A DNA stretch of 64,000 nucleotides from Fonticula alba ATCC 38817. Taxonomy: Eukaryota > Protista > Nucleariida. Positions 25,188-35,631 of this stretch are shown piece after piece (the first letter of the stretch is position 1; every line of letters starts with the position of its first letter). The DNA lies in the NCBI GenBank assembly GCA_000388065.2, contig KB932206.1, one strand, 5' to 3'. The notes beneath the pieces are model-generated. The model saw only the letters and a program-made list of their open reading frames with translations, ran no database searches and was not told the DNA's origin. The position numbers and the translations under genes were made by a program.

Positions 25188-26455
25188 GCAGGTAGACAAT
25201 GGTGGCCGGGGAAGGTGCCCAGAGACAAGGGCATCACACTTGAATGCCGCCCTCGAGGCTGGGGCCGGGCCTCCGGGGACCCGTGTGCGGGGCTGGCTAT
25301 AATGCACACACGCGCATGCACATCCCACCAACGGAGGAAGGCCGAGAACTCGGGGGCGGGCCGGCCGAAGCGACGCGGAATTGGCGAGGCATGGGGCGAG
25401 CACGGGCATGTGCTCGAATCCTCTCGCGGGCCCGAGGGGGCTATGCATACACACGCCGGCTTCCGCACAGCCCCCGGCCCCGGCCCCCGGCGATGAGTCA
25501 CTGCAACGCGGACGGACAACCTCTTCCGCCCGCCGGGGGCGCGGGGGGGGGGCGAAGTGACTCCGCCAAAAGGGGCGCCCTTCTCGGGACAGGGCCTATT
25601 GTGTGGGCGGCTCTCATGGCTCCCAGGGCGGGCGAACATGGCCCGGGGGGGTGGGGGGGGGGGGCGCGCGCGTGTACCAGCGCGTGCAAACGAGCGCACC
25701 TGCACATGCGGGCGCTCGCTCACTTTCTCCCCCTCGCTCGGTCTCCCTGCCTCCCCCCTCGCGCTGCTTCCTCTTGCGGCCCCTCGCACATGCACTCGTG
25801 GAAAGGCCGCCCCCCTGCCTCCCACCAGGCGCGGGCGCCGGGCGGAGAGGGATTTGCCCCCGATCGCCGGCAAACCCCCTCCCAGCCGGCGGGCCCTCGC
25901 AGCAGGGGGCCCCGATTGGCGCGGATTCGACCGGCGCCCGGGCCGTTCCCTTCGCGCCCGACCGGTTTTGTGCGTCACAGCCCGGCACCCGCCGCCAGGA
26001 TGCATCCCGGCCACTGTCGCGCAGACGCCTGCCGCTGTCGCAGCCACTACTGCGGCTGCTGCTGTAGCCGCCACCGGCGCCGTCGCCGCCTCCGCCTTGA
26101 CACCGTCCGCCATTCCTCCTAGCGGTAGACTTCCCCACGGTCGGGCGGCACCCCGGTGTCCCGCCCCGCCGCCCCCCCGGACCCCCCGGACCCCCCGGCG
26201 GTTGGGAGGCGCCGGGGGGGGGGGGGAGGGGGGGCGGGGAGGGGCGCAGGCACCAGCCCCCTGTCCCCGCCTCGCGACTCTCCGCTCCTGGGGTGTACGC
26301 ATGCACCCACGCGCGTGCTTGCTTGCTTGCTCGGTCTCTGGACATCCCCCGCATCAACACGCGCCCATGAGTCACAGTCGCTAGCGCCCCCGGGCCTCCC
26401 GTTGCCCCCGCCACGGAGCTGTCCCCGTCCTCCCCGGCCGGCCGAGGAGAGAGGG

Positions 26456-26550
26456 GGCATGAATCACCGCACACGCGCTGACAAGGGGGCCCAAGTTCGG
26501 CCGGCATGGACGCCGCACGCGGAGCCCGAAAAGAGGTCGCCCAGCCCCCC
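26456..26550 (+). repeat. 95-bp direct repeat, copy 1 (ends at an N-gap)
   Basis: Identical to 28047-28141 (GGCATGAATCACCGCAC...CAGCCCCCC). Confidence 0.9.
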
Positions 26551-26771
26551 NNNNNNNNNNNNNNNNNNNNNNNNNNNNNNNNNNNNNNNNNNNNNNNNNN
26601 NNNNNNNNNNNNNNNNNNNNNNNNNNNNNNNNNNNNNNNNNNNNNNNNNNNNNNNNNNNNNNNNNNNNNNNNNNNNNNNNNNNNNNNNNNNNNNNNNNNN
26701 NNNNNNNNNNNNNNNNNNNNNNNNNNNNNNNNNNNNNNNNNNNNNNNNNNNNNNNNNNNNNNNNNNNNNNN
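26551..26771. other. Assembly gap (N)
   Basis: Run of N. Confidence 1.
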
Positions 26772-26810
26772 TATGCGTCCGCGGCGCGCCGCATGCACCC
26801 GCATACCCCC

Positions 26811-26842
26811 GATTACAAGGTGACTGGAGTTCAGACGTGTGC
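26811..26842 (+). other. Illumina TruSeq indexed-adapter fragment (library contamination)
   Basis: GAT-TACAAG-GTGACTGGAGTTCAGACGTGTGC matches the P7-side adapter layout ...GAT[6-nt index]GTGACTGGAGTTCAGACGTGTGC. It sits about 40 nt from a contig edge. Confidence 0.92.
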
Positions 26843-28046
26843 CCCCCCCCCCCCCCCCCACCGACGCTCCCCAAGTGGGCCAGCGCGCCCGGGTCGCCGG
26901 GCCCACGCGCGACTCCCCCCCCTGGCCCCTCGAGCTCATTATTGGTGATTGGCCCCCCACGCGGGGGCGCGCACACCCAGGCGAGCGCTTCCCCTCCCCC
27001 TGGCCCCGCAGCAGGGGGGGTGGGGACCGGCCCCTCCACACGCGGGCGGCTCGTCCGGTCATGCTGGGCGACGATTGCCCAGCCGCACAGACCGACAGAA
27101 TACGAGCTGGCCCCGGGCCCACGCGAGTGTGGGAGGCACTGCGCACGAGGCAGGAACCAACAGGTGCGTGTGTGTGTGTGTGGGGTGGGGGGGGGGGTGA
27201 CATCCGTGTCTCGGCCCCGCCCCCGTACTCCAAGCTGGGCACCTCAAAAGGCGCGTGGTTCGTGCAATCCAAACGCCTCCCCCGGCACATGTGCTGTCCG
27301 GGAGACGGGCCAGGGGGCGGGCCGGACCGTTCTTGCATCCCCGGTTGGCGGTGCTCAAGTGGCAGGACGTGTATGCCTGCTTTTTAAATTCGAGTTTAAA
27401 ATAGGCTCTCACCGAAGATGCCCCTAGGGCAATCAGAAGACAAGGGTCGTCACACCCGGGGAATCACGCCGCATGCCACACACAGAGTGCATTCCAGGCG
27501 AAACGCCATTTACGCACATGGAGGGTTTTTGCGATCTCTCCTCGGGCTCCGTCGCCTGGTGGAGGAATGAGGAGCCGCACTATTCCCCGCGACGAGCCTG
27601 CGCCCACCCCCGTCCCTGAGCATCCGTCGAAGGGTTTTCTTGCCAACCCTCCGCCACTCCGGCACCGATCCAACTGGCGCCTCACCTTCCACCGTCTCTC
27701 TCTCTCTCCCTTGCCCTCGTCCCGGCCCCCTGTATCCCCGCCATGCTCTCTTTTGTCTTGCTTGGTCCGGGCCCAGGCGGCAGAGTGTGCTATTCAACGG
27801 AGCCAACAGGCGATGGGGAATATTCTAGCCGCACAGATCAGGATGCTCGGGGTGGTTCCCCCCCCCCCCCGGCTGGCCGCGTTTCCTTGCCTCTGCCGCG
27901 GGAGGAGGAACGGCGGGGGGGCGGCAGTCTCACTGGCCAGAGCGTCGTCACCCGTTTTCCTCGGGGCCCGGCCGTGTAACGCGCCCGGGCAGGCTGCCCG
28001 CCCACCATCCCTCGGCCGGGGGCTGGAGAGCTTGCCNNNNNNNNNN

Positions 28047-28141
28047 GGCATGAATCACCGCACACGCGCTGACAAGGGGGCCCAAGTTCGGCCGGCATGG
28101 ACGCCGCACGCGGAGCCCGAAAAGAGGTCGCCCAGCCCCCC
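28047..28141 (+). repeat. 95-bp direct repeat, copy 2 (starts at a 10-N gap)
   Basis: Identical to 26456-26550. Confidence 0.9.
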
Positions 28142-28675
28142 AGGCACGCTTCCCGGAGGCGCTTTGCCTGCTCCTCCCGCCCCCCCCCCCCCCCCCCCCC
28201 CCTTGCTCCTTTTTTGTTTCCCTTCCCATGCGCAAGCGCGCGAACGCCCAGGAGCAGGACACTTTCGTCACTCCGTGGATAAATGAGCCCTTCACGTGCA
28301 CGGGTGCCGGCCTCAGGCGCCGGAGGGGCCCGGGCGGCCCGTGTCGCGTCCGTTCCCCCCCCCCCCCCGGGGGGGGCGGGTCCCCCGATTGCCTCGCGTA
28401 TTTCTACAATCACCAAGTGTCCTCGAAGGATGCGTCCGCCGGCAACGTGCAAGGCGCAGGGGGGCAGGCGTCGGGTCAATCACGGCCCCATGCACTAATC
28501 TGCGGCGGGCAATGCGCCGGCCGCTGGGCGGCATTTCGTCTGGCGCGCACACATACACACACACACGCACAGGAAATAAGGCGGCCTCCAACGCGCCTCC
28601 CTGTCCTTCCTGTCGGTCTCCCTCGGCCTCTTCCCCGGCCCCTTGCCCTATTGATGGAATCCCCCCCCCCCCCCC

Positions 28676-29656
28676 NNNNNNNNNNNNNNNNNNNNNNNNN
28701 NNNNNNNNNNNNNNNNNNNNNNNNNNNNNNNNNNNNNNNNNNNNNNNNNNNNNNNNNNNNNNNNNNNNNNNNNNNNNNNNNNNNNNNNNNNNNNNNNNNN
28801 NNNNNNNNNNNNNNNNNNNNNNNNNNNNNNNNNNNNNNNNNNNNNNNNNNNNNNNNNNNNNNNNNNNNNNNNNNNNNNNNNNNNNNNNNNNNNNNNNNNN
28901 NNNNNNNNNNNNNNNNNNNNNNNNNNNNNNNNNNNNNNNNNNNNNNNNNNNNNNNNNNNNNNNNNNNNNNNNNNNNNNNNNNNNNNNNNNNNNNNNNNNN
29001 NNNNNNNNNNNNNNNNNNNNNNNNNNNNNNNNNNNNNNNNNNNNNNNNNNNNNNNNNNNNNNNNNNNNNNNNNNNNNNNNNNNNNNNNNNNNNNNNNNNN
29101 NNNNNNNNNNNNNNNNNNNNNNNNNNNNNNNNNNNNNNNNNNNNNNNNNNNNNNNNNNNNNNNNNNNNNNNNNNNNNNNNNNNNNNNNNNNNNNNNNNNN
29201 NNNNNNNNNNNNNNNNNNNNNNNNNNNNNNNNNNNNNNNNNNNNNNNNNNNNNNNNNNNNNNNNNNNNNNNNNNNNNNNNNNNNNNNNNNNNNNNNNNNN
29301 NNNNNNNNNNNNNNNNNNNNNNNNNNNNNNNNNNNNNNNNNNNNNNNNNNNNNNNNNNNNNNNNNNNNNNNNNNNNNNNNNNNNNNNNNNNNNNNNNNNN
29401 NNNNNNNNNNNNNNNNNNNNNNNNNNNNNNNNNNNNNNNNNNNNNNNNNNNNNNNNNNNNNNNNNNNNNNNNNNNNNNNNNNNNNNNNNNNNNNNNNNNN
29501 NNNNNNNNNNNNNNNNNNNNNNNNNNNNNNNNNNNNNNNNNNNNNNNNNNNNNNNNNNNNNNNNNNNNNNNNNNNNNNNNNNNNNNNNNNNNNNNNNNNN
29601 NNNNNNNNNNNNNNNNNNNNNNNNNNNNNNNNNNNNNNNNNNNNNNNNNNNNNNNC
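28676..29656. other. Assembly gap (N); smaller gaps also at 16463-16472, 28037-28046 and 39164-39186
   Basis: Runs of N. Confidence 1.
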
Positions 29657-30766
29657 CGCCCCATCCGGCCTTCTATTTAGCTGGGCCAAGTGGATTGAGT
29701 GGGACACATTCCATCCCGCACGCTAGAATGCTGTGGAGAGGATGCACAGACACCCATGCGCACCATAGGTCGTCGAGGGGGGGGGGGGGGGGGATATTTA
29801 TGCATATATCCATCCCCCTGACTCGCGGTCCAACTGCCGGGATCGGCGCTCCCGCCCTGGCCCAGAGGGCGCGGTTTCCCGCTAGATGGTTCCATGTTCC
29901 CCCCCGCTCCCCCCCCCCGCTTGGCCTTGCCCCTAGCGCTTGAGAACCACCGCCGGATACGCATGCATGCAGGTGAACACGTACACATGCCGCCCCCACC
30001 CCATGGGCCTTGCCTTGCCGGGGGTGGCCCTTGTGGCGGGGCTTCCCCGGCTCCTGCCCAGAGAAAGGACATACGTAGCCGGCCGAGGCTTTTGTCCCCG
30101 GGGCCCCCTCGAGGTCCTCTCTCCCAGCCGCATCTTGCGTCCGTCTTTCCTGCTGCTCCGGATCCACGGGCCGGCAATGTTACTTGCCGTGTGGGCTGTG
30201 GGATGCGCGCTCGCTCAAGTTTGCGCCCCCCCCCCCCCCTCTCTCTCCCTCTCTCACCCCCTCATGGTCTGGTACTCTGCTCGTCGCGGCCTCCCAGGCG
30301 CACATGCAGAGATGTACAGACCGCCTGAAGAGTCGCCTCCAAGGCAGGGCTCAGCCCTGGGGCGGAGCTGGTGGTAACCGGAATTATCATTGTCGCGAGC
30401 AATCCTCCGAGGCCTTGATAGACTTCCTCCTTTCCCCCCCCCCCTTCCCCCTCCCCCTCCCCTTCCCTGCTTCTGAGTTCCCCTCAGTAGCACACCACCC
30501 CTTCCACAGCCGTATGCCCCTTCATCTCGCCCTCGCCCCCTTCCTCTTCGCCTCCCTTCGCCGTCCCAAGACCCCCTCATGCCGCTCTGGACGGCTGCCC
30601 TGCCCCTCTACACTCACGCGGACGAGGGAGGTAGAGGGAAAGGGAGACACCTGTCTCCCGTCCTATCTTATTCTATCACTCTTCCTCCCCCCCCCCCCCC
30701 CCCCCCCCCCCCGGCCAAGCCCTTCCGCCCCCCCCCCTCTGACCCCCCCTTTCTCCGAATCAGACA

Positions 30767-32993
30767 ATGTCTCTTGTGTTCGACGAGTTCGGCCGTCCCT
30801 TCGTGATCATCCGGGACCAGGAGAACAAGCAGCGCCTGACCGGTGTTGATGCGATCAAGTCCCACATTCTGGCCGCCAAGACCGTGGCCAACATCATGCG
30901 CTCCTCCCTCGGCCCTCGCGGCCTGGACAAGGTACATGGTCCCCCCTCCCTCCCTCCCTCGCCGGCGCGCGCGCGCCCGCCCTACTTGCTCCACCCCTGC
31001 CCATGTGGCTGCTCCTCTCTGCTCGACTCACCCGCCTCCCTTCCCCGCCTCTCCTGCCCGCAGATCATGGTTTCCGCCGATGGTGATGTCACTGTCACCA
31101 ACGACGGCGCCACCATCCTCCAGCGCATGGAGGTTGAGCACCAGATCGCCAAGCTCCTTGTCCAGCTGTCCAAGTCTCAGGACGACGAGATCGGCGATGG
31201 CACCACCGGTGTCGTCGGTACGCATCCCTCTCTTCCCCTGGCCATCGTAAAATGCGTTGTGCCTCTTCATCTCCATCCATGAGCACTTATGCCTGACCGA
31301 CTCTCCATTCCCCCTCCCCCCCCGCCCCCCCCCTCCCTCCACCCCACCCCCCCCCCCCACACCCCTCTCACTGCGACCGCTCATTCGCACACTCCCCCCC
31401 CCCGACCGTGGTCTGCATCCCATCCGCATTGCCGATGGCTTTGGTGCGCTTCCTCCTCCCTCTCTCTCTCTCTCTCCCTCCCCCCCGCTACTACTGCTGT
31501 TGCTGCCACCGCCAACACATCCTGTCATGCACTCCCCCCCCCCCTCCCCCATATGCTCACCATTGCCATCCGCGACGCACCATCACACAGAGCGCGCCTG
31601 CCAGATCGCCATCAAGCGCCTGGATGAGATTGCCGACACCGTGGAGTTCAGCAACGACAACATCGAGCCCCTGCTGAAGACCGCCTCTACCTCCCTCGGG
31701 TCCAAGATCGTCTCCAAGTTCCTCCCCCTGTATGCGGACATCGCCGTGCGCGCGGTTCTCTCGGTGGCCGATCTCGAGCGCAAGGATGTCGACTTCGACC
31801 TGATCAAGATGACCGGCAAGGTCGGCGGGTCCATGGAGGACACTCGTCTGGTCCATGGTGTCGTTTTGGACAAGGAGATCTCCCACCCCCAGATGGACAA
31901 GGAGATCACCGACGCCAAGATCAGCATCCTCACCTGCCCCTTCGAGCCCCCCAAGCCCAAGACCAAGCACAAGCTGGACATCAGCAGCGTGGCCGAGTAC
32001 GAGAAGCTCCAGGAGTACGAGCGCAAGGTCTTCGAGGACATGATCCTCCGCGTCAAGGAGTCCGGCTCCAACCTGGTTGTCTGCCAGTGGGGCTTCGACG
32101 ATGAGGCCAACCACCTGCTCATGCTGCACGACCTGCCGGCCATCCGTTGGGTTGGTGGCCCGGAGCTCGAGCTCATCGCCATCGCCACCAACGGCCGGAT
32201 TGTTCCCCGCTTTGAGGAGCTGTCCGAGGGCAAGCTCGGCCATGCTGGCCGCGTGCGCGAGGTCACCTTCGGCACTTCCAAGGATCGCATGATCTTCATT
32301 GAGAACTGCGAGAACAGCCGTGCTGTCACTGTCCTCGTGCGTGGTGGCAATGCCATGCTCATCGAGGAGATCAAGCGCTCTCTGCACGATGCCATGTGCG
32401 TCACCCGCAACCTCATCCGCGATAACCGCATCGTCTATGGTGGTGGTTCCGCCGAGATTGCCTGCTCCATCGCCATTTCCGCCGAGGCCGACAGCGTGCG
32501 TTTTCCCGCCATTTCTTGCTCCCCTGCTGCTTGCCCCTTGCCTCTCGGGTCCCTTGCTGTCGTCACTCACCCTAGTTCGGTCCCTTTTTTTTCCTCCTCC
32601 CTCGTCAATCCCTTCCCGCCGCCTGCACTGCTCTTTCCCCCCCCCCCCCCCCCCCCCGCGCGCGCGCGCTTCCGCGTCTATCCACCACAGGTCCCCTCCA
32701 TCGAGCAGTACGCCATGCGCGCCTACGCCGCCGCGCTGGATGCCGTCCCCATGGCCCTGGCCGAGAACTCCGGCTTCTCGCCGATCGACGAGCTCACTTC
32801 CGTCAAGGCCGCCCAGATCGCCGAGGGCAACTCCCGCCTCGGTGTCGACGCCAACGACAAGGGCACCAACGACATGCGCGAGCAGTATGTCTTCGACCCG
32901 CTCATTTCCAAGAAGCAGCAGCTTCTCCTGGCTACCCAGCTGGTCAAGATGATCCTCAAGATCGACGATGTCATCATCTCCGGCTCGCAGTAA
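30767..32993 (+). CDS. CCT5: Chaperonin CCT/TRiC subunit epsilon (CCT5); exons 30767-30931, 31064-31217, (start unresolved ~31404)-31443, 31591-32495, 32691-32993
   Basis: [96 protein letters not shown] and VKMILKIDD are diagnostic for CCT5. The start of exon 3 is missing from the assembly (see findings). Confidence 0.96.
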
Positions 32994-33688
32994 GGCGCCC
33001 AGCGGCTTTCTCCTTGTAACGACTGCGTGTGACTTGGCGACAGAGAGAGAGTAGCGGCGGCGGCGGCGGCGACGGCGGCGGCCCCCCCCCCCTTCTCGCC
33101 GTCTCTCCGCGCCTTTCCCGCTTCGTCCTCCCCCCGCCTCATCCTTGTGGAGGCCTTCCCGTGCGCCCTTCCAGGCGAAAAAAAGCATCACTTCCCACGG
33201 GGCGCCGTTCGCGCGTGCGCACCCAAGGCGAGGGCACGGTGGGGTGGCCGTGGGAGGAGCGACAAAGGGGGGCATATGGCATTGTGCGACGCCCCTTTCC
33301 AGGGGCGCCACTCTCCTCTTTCCGATTGCCTCCTTCGCGCGCGCTCTCTCTCTCTCTCTCTGGCCCCTTCCAGCATCACACCCCCGCACGTCGCGGCTCC
33401 CCGGGGGCCTCCAACCCGAGGCATAGTTTCCTCGGCCAGTGAAAAAAGCCCCTCTCTTGTGTCTGTCCTTCCTCCCCCCCCCCTCCCCCCTTCCCGCGCC
33501 TCCACTCTCGTTCGGCGGCCCCCCCTTCCTCCACAAAGCGGATGGGCCGGCTCCTCTTCGCGAGCGGTGGCCCGGAGTGGGCCTCTCCTTATTCGCTGCC
33601 GTGTTCCAAGTTTCGACGGGCCACAGTAGTGTCACCTCCTCCTCCTCTCTCTCTCTCTCTCTCCCCCCCCCCCAATCCCAATCCCCCC

Positions 33689-33732
33689 TTTTACATATAC
33701 AATACAAAACACTTATAAATGGTAATATTTCC
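33689..33732. terminator. AT-rich island between convergent CCT5 and hydrolase genes; probable 3'-end processing zone
   Basis: TTTTACATATACAATACAAAACACTTATAAATGGTAATATTT lies between two facing stop codons. Confidence 0.4.
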
Positions 33733-33878
33733 CGTGTGCACTGTGAGCGGCAGAAATCGGTAGTTTGTTGATCCCCTGCTCCAGGCGAGAGGGTTTCCCC
33801 ATCAGCAGTGAGGTGGAAAACACGGGACACGGGGATGGATCCGTCTGTTGTCGGAGAGGGAAAGAGGGGGAGGGCGAG

Positions 33879-35418
33879 TCAATCGAGCTCCAGGCCATTG
33901 GCTGGTTGATACTCAATGGAAAGGCGGCCATGTGGGTCGCGCTGGGTGATAATCGCAACCCATCCCGGGGTGACCAGCCGGAGTGGCCCGGCCTCCGGCT
34001 CGTCTGCCTCGTCGTCACTGTCGATGACATACTGCTCGCCATCAATGACAAAGCCCAGACGACCGCCAACCAAGGTGGCTGGCACAATGCCTGGGAGAGA
34101 CCCAAGCGAGCCATCAGCCGGCGAAGCCCCGGGCCGGATGGCCGTGGCTTCGAGGCGTTCGCGCGCTGTTCGACGCACGGTCGCCGAGTCTGGTGCCCCG
34201 GCGGCTGTTGCCCGAGCCACTGCGCGTGCCAGAAACGAATGGAAGAGCCGTGCCTCATTGGCCGACCCCAGTTGCGGGCTTTCCCCCTTGTTGGGAACAA
34301 CAACATGGTCAACCGTGACCACGGTCGAGCTGGCGCCCATTGGCGGGGCAACTGTGAAGTGGACATTCGGCATGAGGGATACCGGGGCAGTGGTCGCCGG
34401 GACGCGGCCAAGGCCACTCGGAGCCCATCCAGTGAAAGCCATCATCTGAGGCGACGACATCACACGATCAGTTTCCAGGGAGTCTCCTAAAGCGCGAAGA
34501 GAGAGAGAGAGCGAGCAAGAGAGCAAGAGAGCAAGAGAGAAAGGGAGAGAGCAAGGACAACATACCGATTGGCGGTGCTCGGGCAGCAGGGCGTCTCGCT
34601 GGCCCGAGAGCAGCAGGACCGACGTACGTCCAGCAGAGGGAGCAGCCGGCGTTTTCGGTGGGCAGATGAGGCCCCCACCGACGGACACAGCCCCGCCCAC
34701 AGGCGGAGGAGCCGCCGGGTCGTCGGAGGCATGCGACGCCAGCGCATATGACAGGGCCACCGAGCCCCCGTGGCCGAAGCCCACCAGGACAATCGCCGAA
34801 GCCGGCCACGATCCGCACTCGGGATGTTCAAGCGCCCGGATCAGGTCTCCAAGGGATCGAAGCAGCGATCCAGGCATGCCAAAAGTGTGGGATGCTGATT
34901 TGGCGGGCCGAGTCGCTGGATGGGCCAGGTCGCATGCAATGTATCAGCAGCTTGGGTCAGAGGCAGGCTGGCATGTACCGGGAGGGCAGCGGCAGCAGCA
35001 GCGGCGGCGTCGCCGCCAAAGAAAAGAGGGGGCGAAGAAAGGGAGGATATAGCCGACATGCGAAACAGGGATGCAAGCTGGCACACGCACGGCGGTTGGT
35101 TCGCCAGTCCAGCGGGGCGTCCCACCAGAAGGGGAAGGACAAATCGAGCTCCTGCGACCCGGTGGACGACGGCGCACGTAGAGACAGTGCCGCACAATGC
35201 TCCAATTCCAGGCGCTCGGCCAGACGCTGGGCGGAGAGTTCATCCTGCCCCAGTGCATGCAGAAGGATCAGCAGCACCGGGGGAGGGGGGCCTGTCGGGG
35301 TTCCGGCCCGGCGGAAGGGCCTCGTGAAGCGAGCTCCCGTGCGCCAAGCTACAGGTAGCCGCCCAGAAGCCGGCCCGGAGAGACGCGCCGCCACCGCGCG
35401 CTTGCACACGGAGGACAT
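33879..35418 (-). CDS. Phospholipase/carboxylesterase-family (abhydrolase_2-like) alpha/beta hydrolase lacking the nucleophile Ser; exons 35418-35091, 34915-34566, 34445-33879 (~414 aa)
   Basis: VLLILLHALG (cf. hhhhLHGxG), LSLRAP...FWWD, IVLVGFGHGGSVAL (nucleophile-elbow position), VLLLSGQRDALLP. Both introns are GT-AG and phase-consistent. Arg-rich, acid-free N-terminus. Confidence 0.75.
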
Positions 35419-35631
35419 AGCGTGGGGCCCAGAGGTGCGCGCACACGGAGACCTGCTGAGATGTGAAGAGAGAAAAAGAGGAGCGGGGGGGGGGGGGGAC
35501 GATCGCGGTGCGTGGGCATCGGGCTGGGTGTTGGACCGCCACGCCGTGGACGTGCGCAGAGGACGCGCGCTGAAGAAAAGGTCGGGCGGGCGATCGGCGA
35601 TCACCCGGGTGCCAACGCTTTGGTCGGGGGC

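Noticed and set aside
24479-26302. 607-aa Arg/Pro/Gly-rich ORF and the many other intergenic ORFs of 100-500 aa
   Set aside because: Composition is dictated by G/C runs and microsatellites (RERE, VCVC, HTHT, PPPP). Only a short segment was kept as a weak candidate exon.
26456-28141. LTR retroelement or CRISPR-like repeat interpretation of the 95-bp direct repeat
   Set aside because: No TG...CA termini, PBS/PPT, target-site duplication or RT/integrase coding. Only two copies, both touching gaps, which favours an assembly artefact.
30932-32690. Several stop-free introns with length divisible by 3 (CCT5, hydrolase, ABCG, GT) suggesting programmed intron retention
   Set aside because: Across the ~35 introns I defined, the 3n fraction is close to the expected one third, and absence of stops is expected at this GC content.
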